64,000 nucleotides of DNA from a virus. The notes below the pieces were generated by a model that did no database searches, had not been told where the DNA came from, and saw only the letters and a list, made by a program, of their open reading frames with translations. The stretch's first letter is position 1, and each line of letters opens with the position of its first letter. Made by a program: the position numbers and the translations under genes. Below are positions 9,106-17,939 of this stretch, one piece after another. The stretch is taken from the IMG/VR virus record IMGVR_UViG_3300027798_006580. The stretch is one strand, 5' to 3'.

Positions 9106-10521
9106 ATGACTATAAAAGGAAATAATTTTAGCAACGAAAGTTTTTGTCCAGAAGTATATAATCAGATTCAGATTGATATGCAAGGCGATTTAAGAGTTTG
9201 CTGTTTGTCTTCTGACGGCGGCCTAACCAGAGAGGCCAACGGAACTCCAATGAATGTAAAAACACATTCAATCATCACGGCAATGAACAGCGAAATACAC
9301 AAACAACACAGGTTAGATTTAAGTAATAACATTAAACCTCAACGATGTAGTAATTGCTATAATTGGGAAAATTACAGCAATGATACGAGTCGTCGTAAAA
9401 AGTTTATCAGATTATCTCAAAATAAACTTGACTATGTCAAAGCCGGTGAAGCATTTGATGTAACAAACGATGATGGCTCCGTTGATGTCGACACTACTAA
9501 GTTAATTAATTTAGATATAAGATTTGGTAATCTGTGTAACCTCAAGTGCATTATGTGTGATCCAGGAAATAGTAGTCTGTGGTATGAAGACTGGGATCTG
9601 CTGTCTAGAAAATTTTCAAAAACTGAAGCCAGCGGACGATCAGTTAAATTTCAATTGGGTGGAATAGATCCAGTCACTGGAAATACTCAGTACTGGAAAG
9701 ATAAAACTAAATTTTATTCTCTTGAAAAGAATCAGTTAGGCAAATTGAAATTGCAAAATGAAGAAAACTGGTGGGAAACTGAATCGTGGAAAAATCAGTT
9801 TAAAAAAATTGCGCCCCAGTTACAGCATATTTACTTTACAGGCGGAGAGCCCTTGCTGGTACCAGCAATGGAAGAACACTTAACTTATCTAATTGAAAAC
9901 GATTTTGCTAAAAATATTATGCTGTGTTACGACACAAACTTGACAGTTGTCAATTCAAACATAATTAACAAATGGAAATTTTTTAAAGAAGTTGAATTGA
10001 GGGTCAGCGTCGACGACACTGGTGACCGCTATAATGTGGTTCGAAATCCTGGAAATTTTGACAAGTTATATGATAACATAACTCGAATTCAAGAAGCCAA
10101 CATAAAAATTAAATACATAAGCATAGTTTGTCACTTGGCCAATGTTTATGGTGTAATTCGCGTTGCAAAGTTAGCAAAACAGATAGGTGCTTCGATGTCA
10201 TTGAGATTTGTAACTAGACCGGGATGGATGAATGTGTCGAATTTACCTAATTCTGCTAAAGAAGAAGTAATTTCAGTGCTTACTAAATTTTTAGAATCCG
10301 AAGAATGTGAATCTATCCGAGGATATGAAAATTTCGTTCAACAACAAATAAAGCATTTTCGTGACAACCCAACAACATCTACACCAAACACGGAATCAAA
10401 TTTGGAAACTTTTGTGCAAGTAATGAATCTAATGGATCAGTCTAGAAATCTAAACTGGAAACATACATTGTCTGATATTGCAGAACTTTTAAAGAAACAT
10501 GTGCCGGGATTGGACATATAA
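9106..10521 (+). CDS. radical SAM protein with N-terminal SPASM/twitch-like Cys cluster
   Basis: CNLKCIMC, FTGGEP; N-terminal FCP...VCC...CSNC. Confidence 0.9.
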   Translation: MTIKGNNFSNESFCPEVYNQIQIDMQGDLRVCCLSSDGGLTREANGTPMNVKTHSIITAMNSEIHKQHRLDLSNNIKPQRCSNCYNWENYSNDTSRRKKFIRLSQNKLDYVKAGEAFDVTNDDGSVDVDTTKLINLDIRFGNLCNLKCIMCDPGNSSLWYEDWDLLSRKFSKTEASGRSVKFQLGGIDPVTGNTQYWKDKTKFYSLEKNQLGKLKLQNEENWWETESWKNQFKKIAPQLQHIYFTGGEPLLVPAMEEHLTYLIENDFAKNIMLCYDTNLTVVNSNIINKWKFFKEVELRVSVDDTGDRYNVVRNPGNFDKLYDNITRIQEANIKIKYISIVCHLANVYGVIRVAKLAKQIGASMSLRFVTRPGWMNVSNLPNSAKEEVISVLTKFLESEECESIRGYENFVQQQIKHFRDNPTTSTPNTESNLETFVQVMNLMDQSRNLNWKHTLSDIAELLKKHVPGLDI

Positions 10522-10581
10522 AAGAAAAATATATTGACACAAAATTGTAAATACAGTACAATAGACACAAGTTAAACAAAA

Positions 10582-10657
10582 GCCCTTATAGCTCAGCTGG
10601 TAGAGCAACTGATTTGTAATCAGTAGGTCCGGTGTTCGAATCATCGTGGGGGCACCA
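10582..10657 (+). tRNA. tRNA-Thr (TGT)
   Basis: cloverleaf, CCA; own TTGACA-N17-TACAAT promoter at 10534-10562. Confidence 0.95.
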
Positions 10658-10687
10658 AAATTAGTTTTTATGTTTACTCAAAAGTAA

Positions 10688-10716
10688 TTGACATAAAAGA
10701 TAAATAAATGTATAAT
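10688..10716 (+). promoter_or_regulatory. sigma70-type promoter upstream of attenuator
   Basis: TTGACA-N17-TATAAT. Confidence 0.9.
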
Positions 10717-10765
10717 ATACACATACGCTAAAGAAAGCGTTAAGAAAGAAATTTTAGGAAAAGAT

Positions 10766-10891
10766 ATGCAAACGATTGTGAATCATAAACATTTTAATAC
10801 ATCCAAGCAGATGGGCTTAGTGCCGTCTATTTGGTTTATTAGCTATGATGATTCACAAGAGCGTATCGGGGTCCTGGAGACCAAAGTGTAA
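10766..10891 (+). CDS. putative 41-aa attenuator leader peptide
   Basis: SD agga; MQTIVNHKHFNTSKQMGLVPSIWFISYDDSQERIGVLETKV*; 3' codons carry the antiterminator arm. Confidence 0.6.
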   Translation: MQTIVNHKHFNTSKQMGLVPSIWFISYDDSQERIGVLETKV

Positions 10892-10916
10892 TAAGATTAC
10901 ATTTTAACTTCCAAGG

Positions 10917-10950
10917 ACCCTAGGCTTAAAAACCCTAGGGTTTTTTGTTT
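10917..10950 (+). terminator. intrinsic terminator (conditional)
   Basis: ACCCTAGG-N9-CCTAGGGT followed by TTTTTGTTT. Confidence 0.85.
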
Positions 10951-10963
10951 GCGAAAAGGAATT

Positions 10964-11128
10964 ATGACAGACGTAGATATTAAGAAACAAAAAGAAGCTG
11001 AGTGGATTCGACAGCATACGTTAACTCGAGAAGAAACTAAACAGTTGATTCTTAACAAATTTAAACGTGCTGAAGTCATGCACTTAGCTTTGAAAAAGCG
11101 GGAGATGTTTGTCAGCAAGCATCGTTGA
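10964..11128 (+). CDS. small basic protein directly after the attenuator (not in ORF track)
   Basis: SD aagga; MTDVDIKKQKEAEWIRQH...KHR*. Confidence 0.55.
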   Translation: MTDVDIKKQKEAEWIRQHTLTREETKQLILNKFKRAEVMHLALKKREMFVSKHR

Positions 11129-11252
11129 TCGCAGAGTGTGTAATAAGAGCAGAAATGCCCAGGAAACGAGGTCCTGACATCGCACTATAAACATTGATGT
11201 AAACGGGCGGCGACTAGGATGGAATCCCTTGTGTGGGACTAAAAATTAGATC

Positions 11253-11315
11253 GTATTAAAGCATATTACTAAATTAAGGATGGTCCACTACATTGGCCTT
11301 AGTATGCTTTAATAC
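11253..11315 (+). ncRNA. long-stem cassette RNA 1
   Basis: 15-bp stem gtattaaagcatatt/agtatgctttaatac, 33-nt loop. Confidence 0.55.
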
Positions 11316-11340
11316 ACACATTCCAAAGAGTGTGTTTAAA

Positions 11341-11934
11341 TTATTCTTCGGGATATGTTACTGTAATATTAGTATAATCGGTTCTATAATGGTGCCCGTG
11401 AAACTTATAATGCATGTGAGACCAGTTATATGGTTTTGTGGCATCAAATGGCTTTCCTATAGATAATGTTATTGGAGCAATCAGTTGACCCGAAGCTTCG
11501 TCAATTTGAATATACTTTTTTAAAGTATCCCAAGCTGACATTGCATGAATCTTGAAACTACAGCAGAAGCCAGTTAAATATCCTTGTTCAATTGCTAGCA
11601 TGCCTAGTTTAGTTTGTAACCTGCCAATTTGCATCATTGAGTGCATATCGTTATTTCTTTTTGGCGTACACAAGATTAATATAGGTGCTATTACCTGAGT
11701 ATTAGTTTTCCATGCAAACTTAGGTAATTCATATTCGTGATTAGCACTTGAATGAATTAATTTTATCTCTGATTCGTCGGTAATAACAAAACTGTTTATA
11801 TCTAACTTTTCGTGAGAAATAAAGTCATCGTGTGTGTTTTTTATTAAATTCATAAATTCACCGTCAAGCTGATTGTGAACATCAAAGGATCGTTGACATT
11901 TTTTAAATGTATCTTGTTTAATAAAATTATACAT
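11341..11934 (-). CDS. nitroreductase-like protein
   Basis: KCQRSFD N-terminus; LAIEQGYLTGFCCSF; ITLSIGKP. Confidence 0.55.
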   Translation of the reverse strand: MYNFIKQDTFKKCQRSFDVHNQLDGEFMNLIKNTHDDFISHEKLDINSFVITDESEIKLIHSSANHEYELPKFAWKTNTQVIAPILILCTPKRNNDMHSMMQIGRLQTKLGMLAIEQGYLTGFCCSFKIHAMSAWDTLKKYIQIDEASGQLIAPITLSIGKPFDATKPYNWSHMHYKFHGHHYRTDYTNITVTYPEE

Positions 11935-12256
11935 TGATTATGAACCTCGCATTAATTTCATCGTCGACGACAAAAATTTCTTTAGAATAATTAAGTTTTT
12001 TATCAGTTAAGTAGTACTCTATAGAACCTATTGCAATGCCAGTGGCGTGCCATTTTTCTATTAATTTTTGATAGTCTTCTTGATAGTTAGGGAATGGATT
12101 TACCACTCGATCTCCAAAAAAATCTAAAGTAGATGATATCTCTACTTTAATTGTAGAATTTGATATTGGAGATATGTTAGCACGAAAATATGTTTTTAAA
12201 AAACGAGCAGGGCTCCTTTTAAATATTTCGTTAAGTTCGGTGAATATCTCATTCAT
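11927..12256 (-). CDS. hypothetical protein
   Basis: ORF overlapping the nitroreductase-like start. Confidence 0.55.
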   Translation of the reverse strand: MNEIFTELNEIFKRSPARFLKTYFRANISPISNSTIKVEISSTLDFFGDRVVNPFPNYQEDYQKLIEKWHATGIAIGSIEYYLTDKKLNYSKEIFVVDDEINARFIINV

Positions 12257-12341
12257 ATAAATTATTAGTTTAATATATTTATTATTTTAATACACATATT
12301 GATCTGGCCTGGACTAAAATGTCGCAGACAGTATGTTTAAT

Positions 12342-12426
12342 GGAGATGAAGCATCAATGGTGATGCAGTGGACTGTAAATCCGCCGCCTTAGGGCACGAC
12401 TGGTTCGATCCCAGTAATCTCCACCA
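12342..12426 (+). tRNA. tRNA-Tyr (GTA)
   Basis: cloverleaf with variable arm, CCA. Confidence 0.9.
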
Positions 12427-12432
12427 AATTTA

Positions 12433-12507
12433 GGTGCGTTCATATAACGGTTATTATCTCGGATTGTCTATCCGAAGACGGGAGTTCGACTCTCCCACGC
12501 ATCGCCA
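12433..12507 (+). tRNA. tRNA-Asp (GTC)
   Basis: tcgga-TT-GTC-TA-tccga, CCA. Confidence 0.9.
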
Positions 12508-12510
12508 AGT

Positions 12511-12729
12511 TTTGTAAGTGTCAGCAAGTGAAGTCACGCTGTTCAGTATTCTTCGAAGGTACTGTCTAGTAAAAGGTTGCGGGTTCGATGCCCGACTGAT
12601 CGCCTTCGTTGGTAATCGGTATACATTATGGCGTATCAGCTGGATGAATCCCAAGTGACGTACCGACTCCCGTCCGGACTAGTATAATCGGGTGAATGGT
12701 GCTGATAACGTGGTAGCACTACTTACAAA
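12511..12729 (+). ncRNA. candidate ~220-nt structured RNA with T-loop
   Basis: closing stem tttgtaagt/acttacaaa and tcagca/tgctga; cggg-TTCGATG-cccg. Confidence 0.55.
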
Positions 12730-12737
12730 TTCAATTC

Positions 12738-12811
12738 GTATCCATAGTGTAATGGCAGCATCGCGGTCTCCAAAACCGTCAGTCTAGGTTCGAGTCCTAG
12801 TGGGTACGCCA
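12738..12811 (+). tRNA. tRNA-Trp (CCA)
   Basis: cloverleaf, CCA end. Confidence 0.95.
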
Positions 12812-12844
12812 AATAAGTAATGCCAGTGTACTAAATAATAGACT

Positions 12845-14095
12845 ATGTCAAAAACCAAATTCTCTCAAACTGTTATATGTCCAAATCCATGGACTGCAAT
12901 GTATTTTCATATCAACTCTCCAAGTCCGTGCCATATCATAAGAAACGGTCTCATGAACATGACCATGGAAGAGTATATAAACAGCGAGTGGTTAGTAGAC
13001 ATTAAACAAAAAATGATTAATGGCATACGCCCAAAAGAATGCGAAAATTGCGAAACGAAAGAAGGATTAGGTCTCAAAAGTACCAGGGGTGCTTCTTGGC
13101 GTTACTGGAACATAGGTGAAGAGCCCTATCTAGAAGATCAACCATGGTTTGACGATATAACTGTTGATACTCCCACAAAGCCTAAACGAATAGAATTGAG
13201 ATTTAGTAATTTGTGCAATATGAAATGCAGAATGTGTGACGAAACATCGAGTTCTGAAATTGCAAAAGAAAAACAAAAATACAATTTAGCCAGTAATGGT
13301 ATTCATAATCCCGATAATATCTTTTTCGAAGACACTGACGACAGCGTGTTAAAAATTACTGATGATAATATTCAAGGTTTAAAGAATATCGAATTACTAA
13401 GTGAATTGCGTAAAGTATGTTTTACTGGCGGGGAACCATTTCTAATCAAAGGTTATTATGATTATCTTGATTTTTTAATTGAACACAAATTTAACGAGCA
13501 AGTTGAATTAGAATTATTTACAAATACAAGTGTATATAATAAACTGTTTGTAGATCGTTTAATGAAATTCCCTAAAGTAGAATTTACCATGAGCATCGAC
13601 GGCGTTGGTAAAACAGCTGAATACATTAGACACGGTACAAAGTGGGACACAATTGAAAAAAATGTATTAACATTCAATTCTATGCCAAAGCCAATATTAT
13701 GCTCGATAAATGTTGCAATTTCAGCTTATGTTTTGTTAGATGTATCTAATCTGGCATTATTTTTGATGAGACTATATCGTGAAAATAATAACATATTGAT
13801 TAAATGTTATACTATATTAGTGCAAAGTCTTCGTTTTACATCTGCACCTGCACATCTCAAAGAACGTATGTTACGTGAAATTGATTTAGCAGTAGATATA
13901 TTAGACTGTCCTAATTTTGCAATATTTAGAAATGAATTGCTGAATTTACGTCCGAAGGTGGTGAAGATGTTGAATGTTTCTAGGCCGCTCGATGAGAAGA
14001 ACTTTATAGAGTTTACTCAAACATACGATAAGATTAGAAACGAATCGTTCGAGAATACATTTGGTATCCCGTTAATTTTAGATAAGGAAAAATGA
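12845..14095 (+). CDS. radical SAM protein with N-terminal SPASM/twitch-like cluster
   Basis: CNMKCRMC, FTGGEP, MSIDG; paralog of 9106. Confidence 0.9.
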   Translation: MSKTKFSQTVICPNPWTAMYFHINSPSPCHIIRNGLMNMTMEEYINSEWLVDIKQKMINGIRPKECENCETKEGLGLKSTRGASWRYWNIGEEPYLEDQPWFDDITVDTPTKPKRIELRFSNLCNMKCRMCDETSSSEIAKEKQKYNLASNGIHNPDNIFFEDTDDSVLKITDDNIQGLKNIELLSELRKVCFTGGEPFLIKGYYDYLDFLIEHKFNEQVELELFTNTSVYNKLFVDRLMKFPKVEFTMSIDGVGKTAEYIRHGTKWDTIEKNVLTFNSMPKPILCSINVAISAYVLLDVSNLALFLMRLYRENNNILIKCYTILVQSLRFTSAPAHLKERMLREIDLAVDILDCPNFAIFRNELLNLRPKVVKMLNVSRPLDEKNFIEFTQTYDKIRNESFENTFGIPLILDKEK

Positions 14096-14206
14096 CATGA
14101 AACGTTCGGCGAAACGATAGTGTCATCTTTGACCCGTATGGTCATGGATGGCACGTAAAAGAAAATTTTTACAAATCCATCCACGCTCTTGGAGCATGGA
14201 TCATAT

Positions 14207-14282
14207 GGGACTATAGCTCAGCCGGTAGAGCAGCGGACTTTTAATCCGTTGGTCGCGAGTTCGAATCTCGCTGGTCCCACCA
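14207..14282 (+). tRNA. tRNA-Lys (TTT)
   Basis: cloverleaf, CCA. Confidence 0.95.
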
Positions 14283-14358
14283 TATAGAAACACATTTTTT
14301 AACTAGGCATGCCTCTGCAAGGGTTTAACAGCAGTTTTAAGTGTGTTTCTATATGGTG
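14278..14358 (+). ncRNA. long-stem cassette RNA between tRNA-Lys and tRNA-Met
   Basis: 20-bp stem caccatatagaaacacattt/aagtgtgtttctatatggtg, 41-nt loop. Confidence 0.6.
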
Positions 14359-14429
14359 ATATAGCACAGTGGTAGTGCATCCGCTTCATACGCGGCCGGT
14401 CGTTAGTTCAAATCTAACTATCACCACCA
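14355..14429 (+). tRNA. tRNA-Met (CAT, elongator)
   Basis: loop TT-CAT-AC, paired 1:72, CCA. Confidence 0.85.
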
Positions 14430-14430
14430 T

Positions 14431-14506
14431 GGAGTTGTTAGTGTAACGGTTAACACCACGGATTGTGATTCCGTTAATACGGGTTCGATTCCCGTACGAC
14501 TCCCCA
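14431..14506 (+). tRNA. tRNA-His (GTG)
   Basis: G-1:C73, cloverleaf, CCA. Confidence 0.95.
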
Positions 14507-14515
14507 ATCAAATTT

Positions 14516-14591
14516 GCCGCAGTAGCTCCAATGGTAGAGCAGAGGATTGAAAATTCTTGTGTTACTGGTTCAAGTCCAGTTTGTGGCACCA
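14516..14591 (+). tRNA. tRNA-Phe (GAA)
   Basis: cloverleaf, CCA. Confidence 0.9.
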
Positions 14592-14597
14592 AAATTT

Positions 14598-14672
14598 ACT
14601 CGATTCGTCTATCGGTTAGGACATCTGGTTTTCAACCAGGTAAGAGCGGTTCAACTCCGCTATCGAGTACCA
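14598..14672 (+). tRNA. tRNA-Glu (TTC)
   Basis: cloverleaf, CCA. Confidence 0.9.
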
Positions 14673-14676
14673 TTTT

Positions 14677-14753
14677 AGCCTCATAGCTCAGTTGGTTAGA
14701 GCAATGTGTTGATAACGCATAGGTCCTCTGTTCGAGTCAGAGTGAGGCTACCA
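14677..14753 (+). tRNA. tRNA-Ile (GAT)
   Basis: cloverleaf, CCA. Confidence 0.95.
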
Positions 14754-14909
14754 AGTTTCGGGATAGACGATGGGTTCGAGTCCCTGTCAATCTAGTCACA
14801 GTGGGGTTAACTGTGATGACACTATAGTATGATTGATGGGTGTATAAACTTGCCTATACGAGACACGCTAGTCTATAGTACAAAGACTAGTTCCTGAAAA
14901 CCTTTTTAT

Positions 14910-14983
14910 TCCCGGGTAGTGTAGTGGCAGCACAACAGACTTTGACTCTGCTAGTATAGGTTCGATTCCTATCCCGGGTGCCA
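14910..14983 (+). tRNA. tRNA-Gln (TTG)
   Basis: cloverleaf, unpaired 1:72, G73, CCA. Confidence 0.9.
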
Positions 14984-14990
14984 AAAAAAT

Positions 14991-15066
14991 GCGGCTGTAG
15001 CTCAGTTGGTAGAGCATCACGTTGCCAACGTGAATGTCACCGGTTCGAACCCGGTTAGCCGCTCCA
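14991..15066 (+). tRNA. tRNA-Gly (GCC)
   Basis: cloverleaf, CCA. Confidence 0.95.
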
Positions 15067-15072
15067 AATAAA

Positions 15073-15160
15073 GGAAGTGTGGCAGAGTGGTCTATTGCAA
15101 CAGTCTTGAAAACTGTCGGGTCGAAAGGCTCCGTGAGTTCGAATCTCACCGCTTCCGCCA
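15073..15160 (+). tRNA. tRNA-Ser (TGA)
   Basis: long variable arm, CCA. Confidence 0.95.
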
Positions 15161-15196
15161 AAAATAAAAAAAGCATATTTGACCTTTAAATACACG

Positions 15197-16126
15197 ATGA
15201 AACAACCTATTAAAATTATTCCCAAAAAACCAGTTATAAATATATACTGGAAGCTCACTGATTTTTGTAACTTTAAATGCAATTACTGTCCTAGTTTCTT
15301 GCACAGCGGAAAGTATGCCAATGGAAAATTACCAGGCTTTCCAATTTATTCTGACATTATAATTTTTATGGACAAGCTGAAAGCTGTGGCAGCTTCCGGA
15401 ACGCATTTAAATCTTCAGTTTGGTGGTGGCGAACCGACATTGCATCCTAATTTCCTTGACATTATAAAATATATGAGTGTAGAAAATGTTTATCTAGGTG
15501 TCACTACCAACGGATCTAGAAGTGATGAATGGTGGAGCGAAGCTTTGCCATTTTTAGATAATGTAACAATGTCCCTTCATCCAGAGTTTACAAAGATAGA
15601 TAAAGTAAATAATCTGGCAAAATCTATAGTAGAGTCCGGCACTTCGATATTGTTCAACCTTAGTTGCGATCCTGACAGATGGGATACTGTATTAGAGTTA
15701 TACGACAATATAGATGATTATTTGAAACCAATGGTAACTACAAAAGTTCTAAATTATTTAGAAACAACTAGAGAAAATTATTCTTATACAGATGAACAAA
15801 CCGCATGGATTAAAAACCACATTGCGAATCCGTCATCATCCCGTGGCTTTATTAACTCAGTGATATATTTCGACGACGGATCAGCTGAAAATTTAGTCCT
15901 GGGTAAAATTACTATCAATAATTGGAATGAATTTAAAGGTTGGAAATGTAAAGTAGCTAGTCAAAGTTTAGTGATTGATTTTAACGGAAAAGTCAATGCC
16001 GGAATATGTAATGCTAAATCTCTGGGTCACATAACTGATTTTAATTTAGATACTAACTATCTAGCCTGTCCATTTAAATATTGTACTTGTCCGACTGATA
16101 TTAGGTCTGAAAAATATAAAATTTAA
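15197..16126 (+). CDS. radical SAM protein with C-terminal SPASM/twitch-like domain
   Basis: CNFKCNYC, GGGEPTLHP, VTTNGS; C-terminal WKC...GIC...CPFKYCTC. Confidence 0.9.
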   Translation: MKQPIKIIPKKPVINIYWKLTDFCNFKCNYCPSFLHSGKYANGKLPGFPIYSDIIIFMDKLKAVAASGTHLNLQFGGGEPTLHPNFLDIIKYMSVENVYLGVTTNGSRSDEWWSEALPFLDNVTMSLHPEFTKIDKVNNLAKSIVESGTSILFNLSCDPDRWDTVLELYDNIDDYLKPMVTTKVLNYLETTRENYSYTDEQTAWIKNHIANPSSSRGFINSVIYFDDGSAENLVLGKITINNWNEFKGWKCKVASQSLVIDFNGKVNAGICNAKSLGHITDFNLDTNYLACPFKYCTCPTDIRSEKYKI

Positions 16127-16130
16127 CCCG

Positions 16131-16207
16131 CGGTCCTTAACTCAATTGGATAGAGTGCCAGTCTTCGAAACTGGAAGTTGGGAGTTCGAATCTCTCAGGG
16201 CCGGCCA
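16131..16207 (+). tRNA. tRNA-Arg (TCG)
   Basis: ccagt-CT-TCG-AA-actgg, CCA. Confidence 0.9.
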
Positions 16208-16210
16208 TTA

Positions 16211-16756
16211 TTAAATAGTTTCTTCCCAGGGTCCAGGAAACAATCTTATTAAGATCATGATCCTAGTCTGATCACCATTATTGACAACTCTGTGCGGAGT
16301 TTTTACTCCCAATATGTATGGCTCATATGTTTCAGCTTCATATATTAGTTCGCACTGGTCTTCGGTGTATCTAAAAAATTGATGAGTCTTACCCTTATTG
16401 TTTACTTTGACAATGGTATAATCAGAGTTCACTTTAAAAAAATTAATCCAAGTATTTTCACAGCCGATTATTGGTATATTTAAACTATGTTTAAAAGGAC
16501 CACTGTCCATGTGATAAGTTCCGGCGTCTTTTCCAACGGTTACGTTGACAGCAATCGAACCCACTGAATCGAGCATTTTTTTACTTTTTAAAAAATCGCG
16601 TAGTGCGGCAACTTTAAGAAATATTTCCTTATTATTTTCTATATAAGTTAATGTTGTTTTATCGAGTAAATATTCAGGTATTAATTTTAATACTTCTTGT
16701 TGTATTTCGTTGAGATTTTCGATGTGTACAGGCTTATAAAAATCAGCAGTGTTCAT
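16211..16756 (-). CDS. 2OG-Fe(II)/cupin oxygenase-like protein
   Basis: HMD...PHRVVN...RIMILIR. Confidence 0.7.
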   Translation of the reverse strand: MNTADFYKPVHIENLNEIQQEVLKLIPEYLLDKTTLTYIENNKEIFLKVAALRDFLKSKKMLDSVGSIAVNVTVGKDAGTYHMDSGPFKHSLNIPIIGCENTWINFFKVNSDYTIVKVNNKGKTHQFFRYTEDQCELIYEAETYEPYILGVKTPHRVVNNGDQTRIMILIRLFPGPWEETI

Positions 16757-16785
16757 AAAAAGTATTTATACCTATAAATATAATT

Positions 16786-17325
16786 ATGCAATTTATCAAA
16801 CTTAATAAAAAATTTGATGTTAGTAATTTTACAGAAACATCATTGATCAACGAATATGCCATCAATGGCAAGGGCATTGGATTCTATAACATTGATAATT
16901 ACAATAAAGATTTGATGCTTTCGGTTATCCCTGAGAGATATAGAAAAGATTTCTTTGCAAGAGAAATGAAAATAAATTATAACATTCCTCCTCATACAGA
17001 TAGCTACGTGTATGCTACTATAAATTTTTATGTCAAAGCCGTTGATTGCCAAACAAATTTCTTTAAGAAAGTAGATGCTAGCCTAGGAGTTAAAATGACT
17101 ACTCAAACTACTGGCAGGACATTTAAAGAAGAAAATTTAGAACACGCTGGAAGTTTTGTAGCAGAATCCGGAGATGCTTGGTTATTGGATGTGTCTAGCC
17201 CACACAGCGTTAAGAATCTAAAATCCAGTACTGTTGACAGAGTTGCTCTGGTATTACAATCAAGTAACTATACCTTTGATCAGGTACACAGTATGTTGCA
17301 AGAAACTGGTTACATCGACGATTAG
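16786..17325 (+). CDS. 2OG-Fe(II)/cupin oxygenase-like protein
   Basis: PHTD...PHSVKN...RVAL. Confidence 0.7.
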   Translation: MQFIKLNKKFDVSNFTETSLINEYAINGKGIGFYNIDNYNKDLMLSVIPERYRKDFFAREMKINYNIPPHTDSYVYATINFYVKAVDCQTNFFKKVDASLGVKMTTQTTGRTFKEENLEHAGSFVAESGDAWLLDVSSPHSVKNLKSSTVDRVALVLQSSNYTFDQVHSMLQETGYIDD

Positions 17326-17873
17326 ATTATAAATTCCTGAAATCTAAGTTTCGCTTCTGCCATAGTAAGTCTTTTTTTTGTTATTAAATCAACCAATACC
17401 ACAGTAATGCATAAACGATCTTCTTTTGTAGTAGTTACATTATGCGGACATCCCGCTTGCACTAAACTAGGATAACTTAATGGGCTACTTTCCGCCAAGT
17501 CGACCATATCTGGTCTCCATGGTATATATTGGGTATTGATCGGTGTTTTTTCTACTACGGCTGGCGCAGAAGATGTTTCTTTTACTTTATACCAATGCAT
17601 TAGACTGCCATGGCCGCCGTATATAAAATTTATTTTAACGTAATCACCTCCCATGCAATCTGTGTGGATTCCTTGTTTACTTAGGTTGGCATACGGACGA
17701 GAATAAAATGATTCCATGTACCAAATTTGTATACCAAGATTTTTTAAAAAATTAATAAAATCAGGATTTATATTTTCATGATCAATGGGAGTTTGATATT
17801 TCTTTTTCAACTCGAGGTGATCTATGGTCGCTGGATTAATATTTAAATTTAAATATACGCAATAATCGGACAT
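17322..17873 (-). CDS. 2OG-Fe(II)/cupin oxygenase-like protein
   Basis: IHTD...PHNV...RLCI; start reassigned to MSDYC; paralog of 39469. Confidence 0.7.
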   Translation of the reverse strand: MSDYCVYLNLNINPATIDHLELKKKYQTPIDHENINPDFINFLKNLGIQIWYMESFYSRPYANLSKQGIHTDCMGGDYVKINFIYGGHGSLMHWYKVKETSSAPAVVEKTPINTQYIPWRPDMVDLAESSPLSYPSLVQAGCPHNVTTTKEDRLCITVVLVDLITKKRLTMAEAKLRFQEFII

Positions 17874-17939
17874 AATTATATTTAGTCGTCGTTTGACTCG
17901 AACATCAAAGTATAGTATAATACAAACAAAGGAAAAATA

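Noticed and set aside
11150-11210. Hammerhead ribozyme
   Set aside because: GAAAC and CTGA are present but not in the required CUGANGA/GAAA arrangement.
8824-15282. ORF-track ORFs overlapping tRNAs (8824, 12454, 14386, 14465, 14868, 15055; also 34658, 35717, 40589)
   Set aside because: These are shadow frames over tRNA or structured RNA.
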